Positions 12,588 through 23,769 of a stretch of 64,000 nt of DNA are shown piece after piece. The DNA is taken from the NCBI GenBank assembly GCA_000442015.1, contig KE561209.1:1-64000 (forward strand), read 5' to 3'. Position 1 is the stretch's first letter, and each line of letters opens with the position of its first letter. The position numbers and the translations under genes are program-made. This DNA is from Rozella allomycis CSF55. Lineage: Eukaryota. The notes beneath the pieces are model-generated. The model worked only from the letters and a program-made list of their open reading frames with translations. It searched no databases and had not been told where the DNA came from.

Positions 12588-15257
12588 CTATACTTTAAAT
12601 TCTATATTATCCAGTGTAAAAACATCTTGAAATATGGACTTACACAATAAGTGTTTGGAAGGATCCGTGTTCATGTATTTGTCTATTATATTTTGGAACC
12701 TAAGTGGTTGATCTAGCAATTTTGTAGCTCGCAAAACTTTTTTGATTAGATTTGAAATCACTTTCTTCGAAGTGGGGTCTACCAAATCAATGAGATTCTT
12801 TATAACAGAAAAGACTGCCAGTCTATTACAAGAAACTTGGGACATAATGTTATGTTCGAATTCTACAGGCTCGAGTGAAGTGAATAGGTCGAATAAAGTA
12901 CTCGTGTGTCTATTTTGTGGGCCTTGACTGACACACTTTAAGTTAGAGGAGTTTTCATTTGGAGCAACAGAACCAAATGTTATAGTCAAGGTAAGTCCAT
13001 TAGAATGTTCAGTGACGTAGTATGAGTATGGTTCGAATATTGATTTTTCTTTGACTATTCTAGACGCTACTTCTGCAGGATCTTCATTTCTAGAAATATC
13101 TGTAACAATAAAATCCACTAAATCCGGCTCATAGAAATCTTCATCTTCATTTAGCTTGATTTGAATTTCTCCATTCGAGTACTTTTCTTGTAGTGCGAAA
13201 TATTCATCTTGTATTACTTTCTGGGGTTTAATTTGGAGCCCACTCAAAGATTTTCCAGTAATCGATCGTTTGGGCCTTAGTTTTTTACGTTTTAATGTAG
13301 GAAAGATTATTTCTACTGTCTCTTCGCCTTTTAGTCGATCAGTTTCTTTGCGCTCGCTTTCAACTTTTTCAATCATATTCTGACTAGTTCTTTTCTTTTT
13401 ATTTTGCTTCTGTTTGGTTTTCGTTTTTGGTTTTTTGGTTTTATTCTTTGGTTCTTCTGGCACAATCAGAGTTGGTGAAGCTTGAAAATCATCTATGAGA
13501 GGAATCGAAACTTGAACGTCTTCAGCTTTGGTAATTTTTCTTGCTTTCTTTCTAGCCTTTTTCGCTTTCGACTTGGAAATTTTAGTATTCAATACTGTCA
13601 TGTCTTGAAATTCATCAGCTAATTCTTTCATTTCGATTTCTAGCGGCTTTAAATTATTTCTCTCTTTATTAATCTGCTCTACCCAATATTTAAATTCAGG
13701 GGTCAAATCTTTGACTATACTCATCACTGTTATTCCGTTCAACGATTCCATATCAAATGCATCAGGATTAATGGCGTAAATATCTTTGCAAAGTGTTAAA
13801 GACTTTCCAGATATGAGACAACTCAAAAGCAAATTTATCCCATTTGGTCTGCTTTTAAGAACCATTTCATATTCTACGTTTCGCGCGTTGTAAGCCCTGC
13901 GAAGACTATAATAAGTTAAATCAAACCCATAATAAATCGAGTAATCTAATAAACCATATCCAAACGAATTGTGTCCTAACACTGGTATTATATCAACATG
14001 AGCGAGTTCGTAGATTGTTTCAGGTTGTTTTAACAAGAAAAATTCTTCAACAATGTCAGTACCGCGATTATCCATTATTGTAAAATATGGTTTATAACGA
14101 TTCTTCTCACTGTGATTAGCTAGCAACTTTAATATCTCAATATTTTTTGACAGCACGGCGTAAAAGAAGGGAGTGCGCTCGAATAATGATACATATTCCA
14201 TTTCATATTTTTTGTGTTCAATAAAAAAATCAATCACATTCATCCTTTGAAGCAAAATTGCCAACTGCAGACCATTAAGATGGTCAAAATTCATTCCTTT
14301 GGGAATAAACTCATTATCAGCAAAATCCTCCTTTTTGAATATAAATCTTGGGTTATTTTCATAAATGACTGATAAAAGATCTACATCTTCTTTGACAATA
14401 GCCAATGATACCACTTTCTTAACAGAACAGTCATCTGGATACATAGCGTAGATTGAATTAAATTCTTTGTATGGTCTTAAATCAAACAAATAATCAGGAC
14501 TTTCAAGCTCGGGCTCAAATATCAATAGATTACTCTTTGTAAAAGTCGTAATCAAATGGTCTCTAACAACCTTGTTCTTTTCTCTTTGAATTTGTTGAGT
14601 GATTTTTAACGCAGTCTTACTTTTGTAGGTTTCGGGGTTGTAAAGTGGAGACTTTATCAGAGCTTCAATCACTTTCGCATGTCCCAACTTGATTGCATAG
14701 TCCATGCAATTATTACGAGACTCGTCAAGAAGTCTAAACACCCATTCATCGCTTATGTTTTGAGCAAGGTATTGCTTTTTGGCAATCTCGAGAAGATACG
14801 ATACCACGTCCACTCTATTGAATACACATGCCATGGACATGACATTCAAACCTTTTGAAGACACGCTGTATATCCATTTGTAATGGTTTTCAGTAATATG
14901 TTTTACTACTGCCAGTTTCCCAGTCATTGCGAAAAACATGTAGAGATTCACGATATCGTTAGAAAAGTATTTCTTGTCATCAACCGACATATGTTTTAGA
15001 CCATCGAAGATACTCTTAGGACTCTTCAAAGTCATACCAGCCAAAGTAGAAACGGAAAGAGATATCTCTGCACAATCTAGTGGGAAATCTTTAGATGAAG
15101 CCTTGTAGTGTAAAAGCGCTTGATAACAGTCCCGTGCATTGTTTCCTAGAGATGTAAACTTTTGTTCTTTCAACTTGAATCGTGGATCTAGATGAATATT
15201 CGCCCTTGCAGAACATAGGAACAGCAAAAGGCCAACCAGAAAAGAAAAAGGTAGCAT
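12588..15257 (-). CDS. Secreted ankyrin-repeat protein (889 aa), intronless
   Basis: Signal-peptide-like N-terminus MLPFSFLVGLLLFLCSARA. Ankyrin-like units: GLNVMSMACVFNRVDVVSYLL, NNCMDYAIKLGHAKVIEALI, RTPFFYAVLSKNIEILKLL. Lys-rich basic region in the C-terminal third. Confidence 0.8.
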   Translation of the reverse strand: MLPFSFLVGLLLFLCSARANIHLDPRFKLKEQKFTSLGNNARDCYQALLHYKASSKDFPLDCAEISLSVSTLAGMTLKSPKSIFDGLKHMSVDDKKYFSNDIVNLYMFFAMTGKLAVVKHITENHYKWIYSVSSKGLNVMSMACVFNRVDVVSYLLEIAKKQYLAQNISDEWVFRLLDESRNNCMDYAIKLGHAKVIEALIKSPLYNPETYKSKTALKITQQIQREKNKVVRDHLITTFTKSNLLIFEPELESPDYLFDLRPYKEFNSIYAMYPDDCSVKKVVSLAIVKEDVDLLSVIYENNPRFIFKKEDFADNEFIPKGMNFDHLNGLQLAILLQRMNVIDFFIEHKKYEMEYVSLFERTPFFYAVLSKNIEILKLLANHSEKNRYKPYFTIMDNRGTDIVEEFFLLKQPETIYELAHVDIIPVLGHNSFGYGLLDYSIYYGFDLTYYSLRRAYNARNVEYEMVLKSRPNGINLLLSCLISGKSLTLCKDIYAINPDAFDMESLNGITVMSIVKDLTPEFKYWVEQINKERNNLKPLEIEMKELADEFQDMTVLNTKISKSKAKKARKKARKITKAEDVQVSIPLIDDFQASPTLIVPEEPKNKTKKPKTKTKQKQNKKKRTSQNMIEKVESERKETDRLKGEETVEIIFPTLKRKKLRPKRSITGKSLSGLQIKPQKVIQDEYFALQEKYSNGEIQIKLNEDEDFYEPDLVDFIVTDISRNEDPAEVASRIVKEKSIFEPYSYYVTEHSNGLTLTITFGSVAPNENSSNLKCVSQGPQNRHTSTLFDLFTSLEPVEFEHNIMSQVSCNRLAVFSVIKNLIDLVDPTSKKVISNLIKKVLRATKLLDQPLRFQNIIDKYMNTDPSKHLLCKSIFQDVFTLDNIEFKV

Positions 15258-15407
15258 GACCAGGGTGACTAGTCACATGCTCACATGTAGAAACTAAGCC
15301 CTAGTTGTGTAATCTTTGATAGTATAGACATCATTATAGACATCATGTACAATTTTACATAAACATGAGCATCCACACTTTTAAGAAATGAAATTTAATA
15401 GACTTTA

Positions 15408-16880
15408 TTAAAATAAGACAACTCCCAAATCCTTATTCTTGAGTGCTGGGGTTCTGTAGTTGAATAAATAGTAATTCAAGTATCCATCGCCAGGCAAGAA
15501 GTGTAAATCATGCAATAAACTTTCGTTGTGATCCATTAGGACAAGACTGTTGAACACATCAAAGTCATTCTATAATTAAATCAAAGATAAAATACCTGTT
15601 TAGCCATGATTAGCGCATCTTTAAGCAAGGTGTGCAAGTTGATTTGGTTGTCATAAAAGTAGTAGAACAAATAACCAATATTGATGTTCTTATGGACTGG
15701 ATGTTGCAAGACTTGCGTTGGAATCAAATAAAAACTTATGAATGAAGTGATTTCGTCGCTATTTGGATCCTTTTAATGATTTTAAATGTTTCTACTTGAA
15801 CGACATAGCTATAAACTACGTTATTCACAGGCAAAAACCAATGTTTGACTTCCTGTTCATTAAAACAAGCAGAAACTTTATATTTCTCCAGAAATGAATT
15901 CAGCTTGATTGTGACTTGAGGGATGTCTTCTATTCTCATTTGCCTAAACCCTGGAAGTGATGGTTCCTTTATTAAATTATAGAACGAGGCATACAGATGG
16001 TAATTTTAGTTTAGTTATTAATCTATTAATGTTGTCATTCGGCGCTAGATATGAAAACCCAGTTTCGACCAACTTTTTTGGATTTAAAGAGCGATGAAAA
16101 TATCGACAAGTGACAATCGGAGTTGGTAAAACGATTCCAGCGGTATAAACAGCTTGAAATATTCCATTCAAGTTGGCTCTTCTAGTAATTTCTTTAATCA
16201 ACACTGGCGCCAATCTTTTGTCACGAAGTTTCTTGTGAACACAAAGAAAGTTTATTTCAACAATTTCAAGAATTCTATTTGGAGGTTAACAATTATTTTA
16301 CTTTGAATTAATTTTTATAGACGCAGGAACAGCGCAAATAAAAGCGACTAGTTTACCAGTCGCCTTCACTCGGACCCCAACATGGTACTCTTCCTTGGCA
16401 CCTGGTGATGACATTGCCCACTTTAAAAGCTCTTTTTGATAATTAAATCTAAACACTTTATCAGGATCCTCAACGTAATTGTTTGCCAATAATTCATAAA
16501 CATTGTCCAACTACGATCGCATCAAAAGATTAACATTACACATTGCTCATCATTCAAGTCAATATTTTTCCAAACAAAAGTGTCCGGAATGATATATGGC
16601 TCTTTCCTAATATCTTCCTTAGACTTATTTTGCTGGATGGGCCCATATTCCTCTTCAGTTACTTTGTAATAAAATAAAAATTTATACTTTTTTCTTGCAT
16701 AACCGGCTGTGTTTTCCAAAATTTATGTTCTTTCGGTACATCATTCATTTTTTGTTCCTTTATCGCCATTTCGTTAAGAAATTTAACAATGTCTTCTTTC
16801 TTGGCATGCCTTATAACATTTTCAGTAACAAAATCATCGTTTATCTTGGGCTTTTTATCAGCGTTGTCTTTGCTGCTCAT
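15408..16880 (-). CDS. NMT1: Glycylpeptide N-tetradecanoyltransferase (N-myristoyltransferase), multi-exon
   Basis: Motifs [75 protein letters not shown] and [12 protein letters not shown], spread over short-intron exons. Confidence 0.95.
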
Positions 16881-17295
16881 GGCTTTGCCTGTGGCTTGGA
16901 AATTGGTTTGATCGCAATCGTACGAAAGTTTGGTATAGACATAAGGTTTAGACCTCCCAATTGTATATTCAGTTATACATTTAAACCTAGAGAATATCTC
17001 ATAAATTTCAACGGTCATGGAAGATGAAAGAGTAGATGAATCTGTTTAAAGGGAAAAGAAAATAACTGGGATGTATACATAATACAAATGAAATTGAATA
17101 AATTCAAATTGATTTTCCAATTATCATAGCGTGTAAAATAAATTTAGTCACCCCAACGCACAGACCCAGAAGGGACTATATATAATTCATTGATTTAACC
17201 AGCTTCCATCATTCATGTGATTTTAATTATGGCGAATATTCTTTCACGAATTTCCGCTTATTACCAAAATTTCGGGAAAATTGACACGTGTAAGC

Positions 17296-18159
17296 ATGAG
17301 GACAACGAGTGTCATATGGATTTTCCTGTTTACAGTTGTCCTTTCAACGGTTCTAGAAGAGAGCAGAGAAAAATTACTTGCCGCACTAAATAAAGGGAAT
17401 GGTAGAAGAAAGGGAAAAGGAGAATCATCCCAACGTACAAAGGCGAGCGACTACAGTAATCAGAGAATCACATCCCCGCTTAATCCGAACGTCCAAATAG
17501 AACGAGTTCCGAAAAAGAAAAGAAGATTCCAAAAAGAAAAACCACTGCTTTACAAGATACTTCACAAATCCGCCAACTTGGATATGGCTTTGCGCAAAAG
17601 AGATCCGGTGGTAATAAGTTCTTTTTTGAAAAATGTAAAACTCCAAAAGGAACTCGTGCAATCTCGAAACATTTCAAGCATCATACTGTTCTTATTTACT
17701 TGCGTCAAAAATGATAGATTCCACAAAAACCTTTCGGTCGTTCATTGTGCCTCTATGATTGAAAGCCCGAGATTACCGTTTGCACGAATATATGAACTAA
17801 TTGGTTCATCTGAAAAATTGCATTCGGCATTTCAACTCTTACAAATGTCTCTTTTAGTGAGTCCAACAGAAAAGCCGAAAAAAATTGAGTTGATTGACAC
17901 TGAACTTCAAAATATAATTTTGGAAACACAAGAAGAACAGAAAAAGAGTTTAGAGTGGTCAGATATCGCATTAATTAGTATTTTTGCTGAAAAATACTAT
18001 TTATCCGTAAGCTCCAAGTATGTAACCAAGAATTTAATTCGCCCAAAAGAATTAACCGAAACGCAATTTAAAGATTTGTTGAAGAATAAATCATTCAGCA
18101 CATTTATCAAAATCTTAAAAAGAATAGGTAAAGTCAAGATTAAGAAAGGAACAAAATAA
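17296..18159 (+). CDS. Putative secreted protein, family member A1
   Basis: Intronless ORF with hydrophobic N-terminus MRTTSVIWIFLFTVVLS and basic patches. It is a clear paralogue of 18444-19301. Confidence 0.8.
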   Translation: MRTTSVIWIFLFTVVLSTVLEESREKLLAALNKGNGRRKGKGESSQRTKASDYSNQRITSPLNPNVQIERVPKKKRRFQKEKPLLYKILHKSANLDMALRKRDPVVISSFLKNVKLQKELVQSRNISSIILFLFTCVKNDRFHKNLSVVHCASMIESPRLPFARIYELIGSSEKLHSAFQLLQMSLLVSPTEKPKKIELIDTELQNIILETQEEQKKSLEWSDIALISIFAEKYYLSVSSKYVTKNLIRPKELTETQFKDLLKNKSFSTFIKILKRIGKVKIKKGTK

Positions 18160-18443
18160 ATTGCTAATCAATTATTTTACCCAATTGTTATACATTGCAA
18201 AGAATATTTCAACATACTTTTTTTCAAATTCTGGTCAAAAAAAGAAATGAATGAATAACTCAAGCTATTCAAAGACACGGGAGATAAAAGCGCATAACAA
18301 AGATAACTTGAAATCATTCTATTCTTGCTGCCTTTAGTCGGAAAAACTACAAAGAATTCAATCCAGATAGCACAACTAAAATTTCTTTATAAAATGGCAA
18401 AGGGCTTTTCCCAAATTTACAGAAAAAGGGAGCACGTGACAAC

Positions 18444-19301
18444 ATGAGGGCAACGAATGTCATATGGATTTTTCTATTTACAGTTGTTCTTTCAACAGTG
18501 CTAAAGGAAAGCAGGGAAAAGTTAATAGCCAAACTTAATCAGGAGGGAAATGCAAAACGAAGATCTATTCGTATTAAGCCTGCCCCGGTCTATAAGGAGA
18601 GAAGAATAACATCCCTGCTTAACCCCAATGTCCAAACAAAGCTGATTATGGAAAAGAGAAGGAAAAGTCGCTACGTAAAACCATTACTTTACAAAGTCCT
18701 TCAACCCTCAGTCAACTTAGATAAGGCCTTGCGCCAACGAAATGCAGAGGTATTGTCCTCTTTGATGAAAAATGTGCAAATGCAAATGGATCTTGTTAAA
18801 TCTCGCAATACTCGAAGCATACTGCTATTTCTGTTCACATGTATAAAAAACGATGGAATTCATGAGAATATCTCAACTGTTCGTTGTGTCTCTGTAATTG
18901 AAAATTCTCAGGTTCCATTTGCCCGTTTATATGAAATAATAGGACGCGGAAAGTCAAAGAAAATAAAGTCGGCATTTCATGTCTTGCAAACATCATTTGC
19001 GGGAAAAACAAGAGACAATTCTGAGTCAATTGAACTAATTGACTTGGAACTTCAAAACCAGATTCTGGGAAAACTAGGGAAGACGAAAAAGAGAGATCTA
19101 CAATGGCCAGATATTGCATTAATTAGCATTATTGCACAGCAATACCAATTGCCTTATAGCACGGAATATGTCAACAAGAAATTGATTCTCCCAAAAATAT
19201 TGTCCCGAGAGGATTTTGAAGAGTTATTATCAAAGCCCGCGTTTTCCAGTTTCGTAGAAACCTTAAAAACAATTGGTAAAGTAGAGATAGAAACAAAATA
19301 A
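18444..19301 (+). CDS. Putative secreted protein, family member A2 (tandem paralogue)
   Basis: MRATNVIWIFLFTVVLSTVLKESREKL aligns end to end with A1 (shared LNPNVQ, KPLLYK, NLD.ALR, LFLFTC.KN, W.DIALISI). Confidence 0.8.
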   Translation: MRATNVIWIFLFTVVLSTVLKESREKLIAKLNQEGNAKRRSIRIKPAPVYKERRITSLLNPNVQTKLIMEKRRKSRYVKPLLYKVLQPSVNLDKALRQRNAEVLSSLMKNVQMQMDLVKSRNTRSILLFLFTCIKNDGIHENISTVRCVSVIENSQVPFARLYEIIGRGKSKKIKSAFHVLQTSFAGKTRDNSESIELIDLELQNQILGKLGKTKKRDLQWPDIALISIIAQQYQLPYSTEYVNKKLILPKILSREDFEELLSKPAFSSFVETLKTIGKVEIETK

Positions 19302-19705
19302 AAACACTTCCTCATTATTCCTTTATCGAATTTTACTGAAAAATAACTTCGAATCCAATGTTAATAGACTATCGATATTCTATTTACAAACAAAGGAGAG
19401 GGGACGGTAAACAATGGGAAAAATTAAATCAAACTATCAAGGCATATGCCAAATCCAAATCTAGATCATTTAAAACATTATTAAAACCGATTTTAAAATC
19501 AAAACTCCAGGGACGTGTTCAGGTTATCAATAATAACTTTCCTTATGTTTTCGTATTTGTCTTATTATAATTATATACGGACTGCAATGAACGCTCTGAA
19601 GCAAAGAACTTGAATTAGACTATTACATATTTTCCCAATGTCTAAATTATAGATCCTCTGGAAAACGTGTCCCTTAGATGAGCCAGCCACCAAAAGCCTT
19701 TTTGT

Positions 19706-21262
19706 ATGAAGTCCGTAAAAGCGTTTCTTTGGGCTTATCTTTTATTGATAGAGATTTTTGTAGTATGTAGCAATCCTAGATTGGAGTTATATGAAAACTT
19801 TATACAGTCAAAGAAAGCCGAATCCTTGACCTTGAGGAAAAGGATTGTCTACCAGAACTATCAAAAACTAAGATTAAACCATTCGTTAAAAACTAAAAAC
19901 TTGCAAAATACATTGCTTTTAATAGGGGATCTGAATAAGCAAAGAGAATTGCTGCAAACCGGTAGTTTAAATGATATTATACTCTATTTTATTACGTGCA
20001 TAGAAAATCCACATTTTTCTGTAACTTTCAATATCGAAGTTTGTCAAGAGTTAATAGATGAAGGAGACATACACCTAGCTTTTCTATATCAACTTGCTCA
20101 TCGAGTTCCTCGTTTAAAATCATACACTGATCGATTTCTAGACATATTTTTTGAAAAGAAAAAATCTAAAGCGTTTAAGTTTGTTGATGATGAAATCCAA
20201 AGAGAAATATTGTCAGAAGATTTTAGAAAAATTAAAACTCTTGAATTGGAAGACATTCTATATTTAATAATGCATTCACAAGTGTACTCGCTACACAAAA
20301 GTTTTGAACTTCTTACATCTGTCTTGCGTAAAAAGGCCATATCTGAAGAAACTGTTACCCAATTGGTTCAAAATGCTGAGATTGAAGAGTTGGTGGGAAC
20401 TTTAATTCTATTCCGACCTGAATTTTTTCCTTTTGTTTTACGAAAAGCATTGGAATATAAAAAGTCTGCGGTTTTGGCTGAGATATTTTGTTTTCCACAC
20501 TATTCGGAAACTGATGTAATTTCTGTTATTGAGTCATCTTTACCAACCGATAGTAAAGTAATGATATTGAAAAACGTGAAGGAAACCGATATCCCACTTT
20601 CCAAATCTTTGAGAATATGTGCGGCAAAAGGTGAATATGAATTGCAAAATTTGATAATCTCGAATAATTTAAACCCCGAGACTTTATTTGTACTAAGTGT
20701 GGATAAAGAATTCTTGAAAAGCGTTATTAATTACGATCCATTCATCATAGAAAGTATCTTTGACGCCGCATTGAGCTTCGGAAACGAAATATTAGCTATT
20801 GAACTTTTAAATTATGCAAGTGCTGATGTTAAAGAAAAATTCATAGATATTACTGTTGATAAATGCAACCATCAAGTGTTGGAAAAATTGATTAATGATT
20901 ACATGTCCTTTCAGAGCAATTATGAGAAATTCAAAAAGATTGAAAAGAGAAATCAATGTATGTTGAAGTTTTATGTTCATTTGAAATGGAAAAAGTTAAA
21001 ACCTACCCAATCACTGTCCAATGCCATTATGGATACTTTAAGTTATGATATTGATGCAGCTGATCAAAAGACCGTTCTTGAAATTACTAGTACTTACCCT
21101 TTGGAAGAATATGAAGCAATTAAAATGTCAGAATTGATTCAAAAATTAGGGATACACGACATGGCCTTGCCTTGCAACGAAAATCATGATTCTGATACAG
21201 ATACAACAGAGAGCATCACTTTATTTGACTCTGACATTGAAATCATTGATAGTGATGATTGA
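19706..21262 (+). CDS. Putative secreted protein, family member B1 (518 aa)
   Basis: Intronless, with a signal-peptide-like start. It shares IILYFITCIENPHF, FKFVDDEIQ and ELVGTL..RPE.F with 29917-31374 and, more weakly, with A1/A2. Confidence 0.75.
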   Translation: MKSVKAFLWAYLLLIEIFVVCSNPRLELYENFIQSKKAESLTLRKRIVYQNYQKLRLNHSLKTKNLQNTLLLIGDLNKQRELLQTGSLNDIILYFITCIENPHFSVTFNIEVCQELIDEGDIHLAFLYQLAHRVPRLKSYTDRFLDIFFEKKKSKAFKFVDDEIQREILSEDFRKIKTLELEDILYLIMHSQVYSLHKSFELLTSVLRKKAISEETVTQLVQNAEIEELVGTLILFRPEFFPFVLRKALEYKKSAVLAEIFCFPHYSETDVISVIESSLPTDSKVMILKNVKETDIPLSKSLRICAAKGEYELQNLIISNNLNPETLFVLSVDKEFLKSVINYDPFIIESIFDAALSFGNEILAIELLNYASADVKEKFIDITVDKCNHQVLEKLINDYMSFQSNYEKFKKIEKRNQCMLKFYVHLKWKKLKPTQSLSNAIMDTLSYDIDAADQKTVLEITSTYPLEEYEAIKMSELIQKLGIHDMALPCNENHDSDTDTTESITLFDSDIEIIDSDD

Positions 21263-21312
21263 AAGCCATAAATTTAATAAATTTATTTCATTATAAAGAT
21301 CCCTTTATTTGT

Positions 21313-22707
21313 TTATTTACGTTTCTTGATTTGCGAAGAAGTATCGTCATCAGTGTCTTTTCTCTTTGCCGGTGTCTTCCCAGCCCTTATATCGTAAGAC
21401 TCTTTCATTTTCTGCATATTTATTTTGCTAACAATCTATATTAACCAACACTTACGATTACATCATGCTCTACTATCGGCTTAGGATAATCTTTTCCGAT
21501 AATGCAATTTGCTTTCCTCTGCACTTCCAATGGTGCCTTCCATGGTTCATAGATATATTTTTTTGGAAATTGGCAAAGTTGTGGCACATACTTTCGAACG
21601 AAATTCCCCTCAGGATCATATTTTTTGGGAAAAGCAATTGGACTATACACTCTAAAATATTGATGAAAGAAGGCTGAAGCGCTAAGCCAAAGCCAATTAC
21701 CAAAATTGAGAAAGTAATCTGCATCTAGCAACAGATACTCAAATATTTCTGCACCCCGTTCCCAACTAATATATAAATCCCCTCTAGTTAGGAAACAAGC
21801 GACAGAATGCCTAGCCAAGTGATGGATCCATCCTTCTTGTCTTAATTGGTTCATGATCGCGTCAATCCAAGGAAATCCCGTCGTGCCATCTCTCCAAGCT
21901 TCCAAGTGCTTGGATGCCTCTTCGTCGACATCATCTTTCTCTTTCAATCGCCAATTAGTTTGAAGACAAATCGGGTTTCCTTCCATTCTGTGAAAATTNN
22001 NNNNNNNNNNNNNNNNNNNNNNNNNNNNNNNNNNNNNNNNNNACCCGGCTGTGTAATAAAATTCACGCCAGAATAATTGCCCTTCCAAAGAAACTGGAGG
22101 TTTAGAGTGACTTTGATTACGATAAATATCCATCAAGCGCTGATAAAACAACCGAACCGAAAGGCAACCATATTTCACGTAAGGGCTCAATACAGTAGTG
22201 GAAGCAGGATCGAAAGCAGCAGGAGAAGTATTTGGTTTTTCAAAAGTTAAAACTTTTGTTTTGTCCAAAAAATATTTATCCAGCATTTGCAAGGCAACCG
22301 ATTCCCCTCCATGATGCGGGGATCGATATAGAGGTGTTTCAAATCCAAGCTCTTGTATTGCTGGAACGTCAAATGTTTTGTTTGGGCCAGCAAATTCAAT
22401 ACCTTCATTGCAATTCAATATTTTTTGTAGATCAAAGAATCCTGGCAATTTAGTGGGAGGAGGGATGGGAAAACCCGGCTTCCCTAATTTATTGACTACC
22501 TTTAAGAATCCTTGATAAGTCAGTGGCGCCACACCCCCATTCTTCTCGAGCACCTGGGTGGGTTCGTAAAGTACATGAGTTCCAAACGTACGAACATTAA
22601 TATCGGCTTCATTAAAGAAGTCTTCTAATTCTTTATCTCTCTTAATAGAATATGGATCATAGTCTCTTTCATATGAAACAGTCTTGACTGAAGGATAGTT
22701 GTCAAAN
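21313..22707 (-). CDS. (6-4) DNA photolyase/cryptochrome, central and C-terminal part
   Basis: Motifs [75 protein letters not shown] and YIYEPWKAP. There is a short intron near 21436-21461 and a basic C-terminal tail ending KKRK*. Truncated at the N at 22708. Confidence 0.92.
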
Positions 22708-22713
22708 TATTAG

Positions 22714-23760
22714 TTAAATTTTGTTCAACTCCTCAATAATAATAGATACATGCCTCAAATATTCCTCGTAAGACTTGGAATGTATGATAATGTCATCGAT
22801 GTAGACCTTGACAAAATCATATTTACTCAGAAACCTAGTCATCACATTTTGGAACTCAGCAGGAATGTTCTTAAAGCCGAAAGGAGCTCCAATACAGTTG
22901 TACTGCTTTCCATTCCATGTAAATGTTGTTTTGACTTGGTCTTCCTCTTTAACTCTGACATTTGGGAAATGGACTCTGAGTCCTTCGATGACAATTCCAA
23001 GCTTAGACATTGTTTCAAGTCCTAGGACGATATTAATGGGGATGCCATTATCATCGCCCATGTCGAGGACCTCGAACCGATGTTTGATCTTCTTTTCTCC
23101 GTGGCAGACATCTACTTCTTCCGTGATGCCTTTTCTTGGCGTAGTGGTGGATCCTTCAGCCAAGTGTAATACCCCTTTCACCGGATTGACCTTAATCGAA
23201 AAATCTTGAACCATGGCTGGAGAAATGAAGGAGTGTGTACTCATGGAGTCTATTCCCGCACGGGCATTAACCCCATTTACAGATATGGCTGTGTACAAAA
23301 ACTTGACAGGGTTCAAGTTTTTAACCATGTTGAATTGCATTGTTCCTGGTACGATAATCTCGTCTTCTTCCAGAAGTTCTTTAGGGAATTCTTCACGGAG
23401 ATCTATTCTCCTGTTATGGACATTGGATGAGGCTTCCTTATTCTTCTTTCTCTTCTCGCACACTTCATTGTGGCCTTTTTCGTAAGGTTGTGCACACTTA
23501 TCGCAGAGTTTTTTTGATGAAAACCTTTCTTGCCTCTTTTTTTTCCTCCGACTGCCCCGAGTTGTTTCCTGTTCTGCCCTGGCGAGCTCTACAGTCCTCC
23601 ATGTAGTGTCGCACTCTCAGATTGTTCTTATGGAATTCACAATAATAAGAAGTAGTCACTTTCTTCTTGGCTGGACTTTCAGGTGCTTCCTTTTGAGTCT
23701 CCACTCTTCTCTTTGAAGGAGATCTGCTAGCATAGGCAACCGACAGGTCGTTAGGAATTC
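22714..23760 (-). mobile_element. Ty3/Gypsy LTR retrotransposon remnant (gag, protease, partial RT), internally deleted
   Basis: Aspartic protease motif AGIDSMSTHSFIS and RT motifs PFGFKNIP and YIDDIIIHS. Protease is fused directly to mid-RT compared with the copy at 40-41.3 kb. Confidence 0.88.
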
Positions 23761-23769
23761 CGGCATCTA

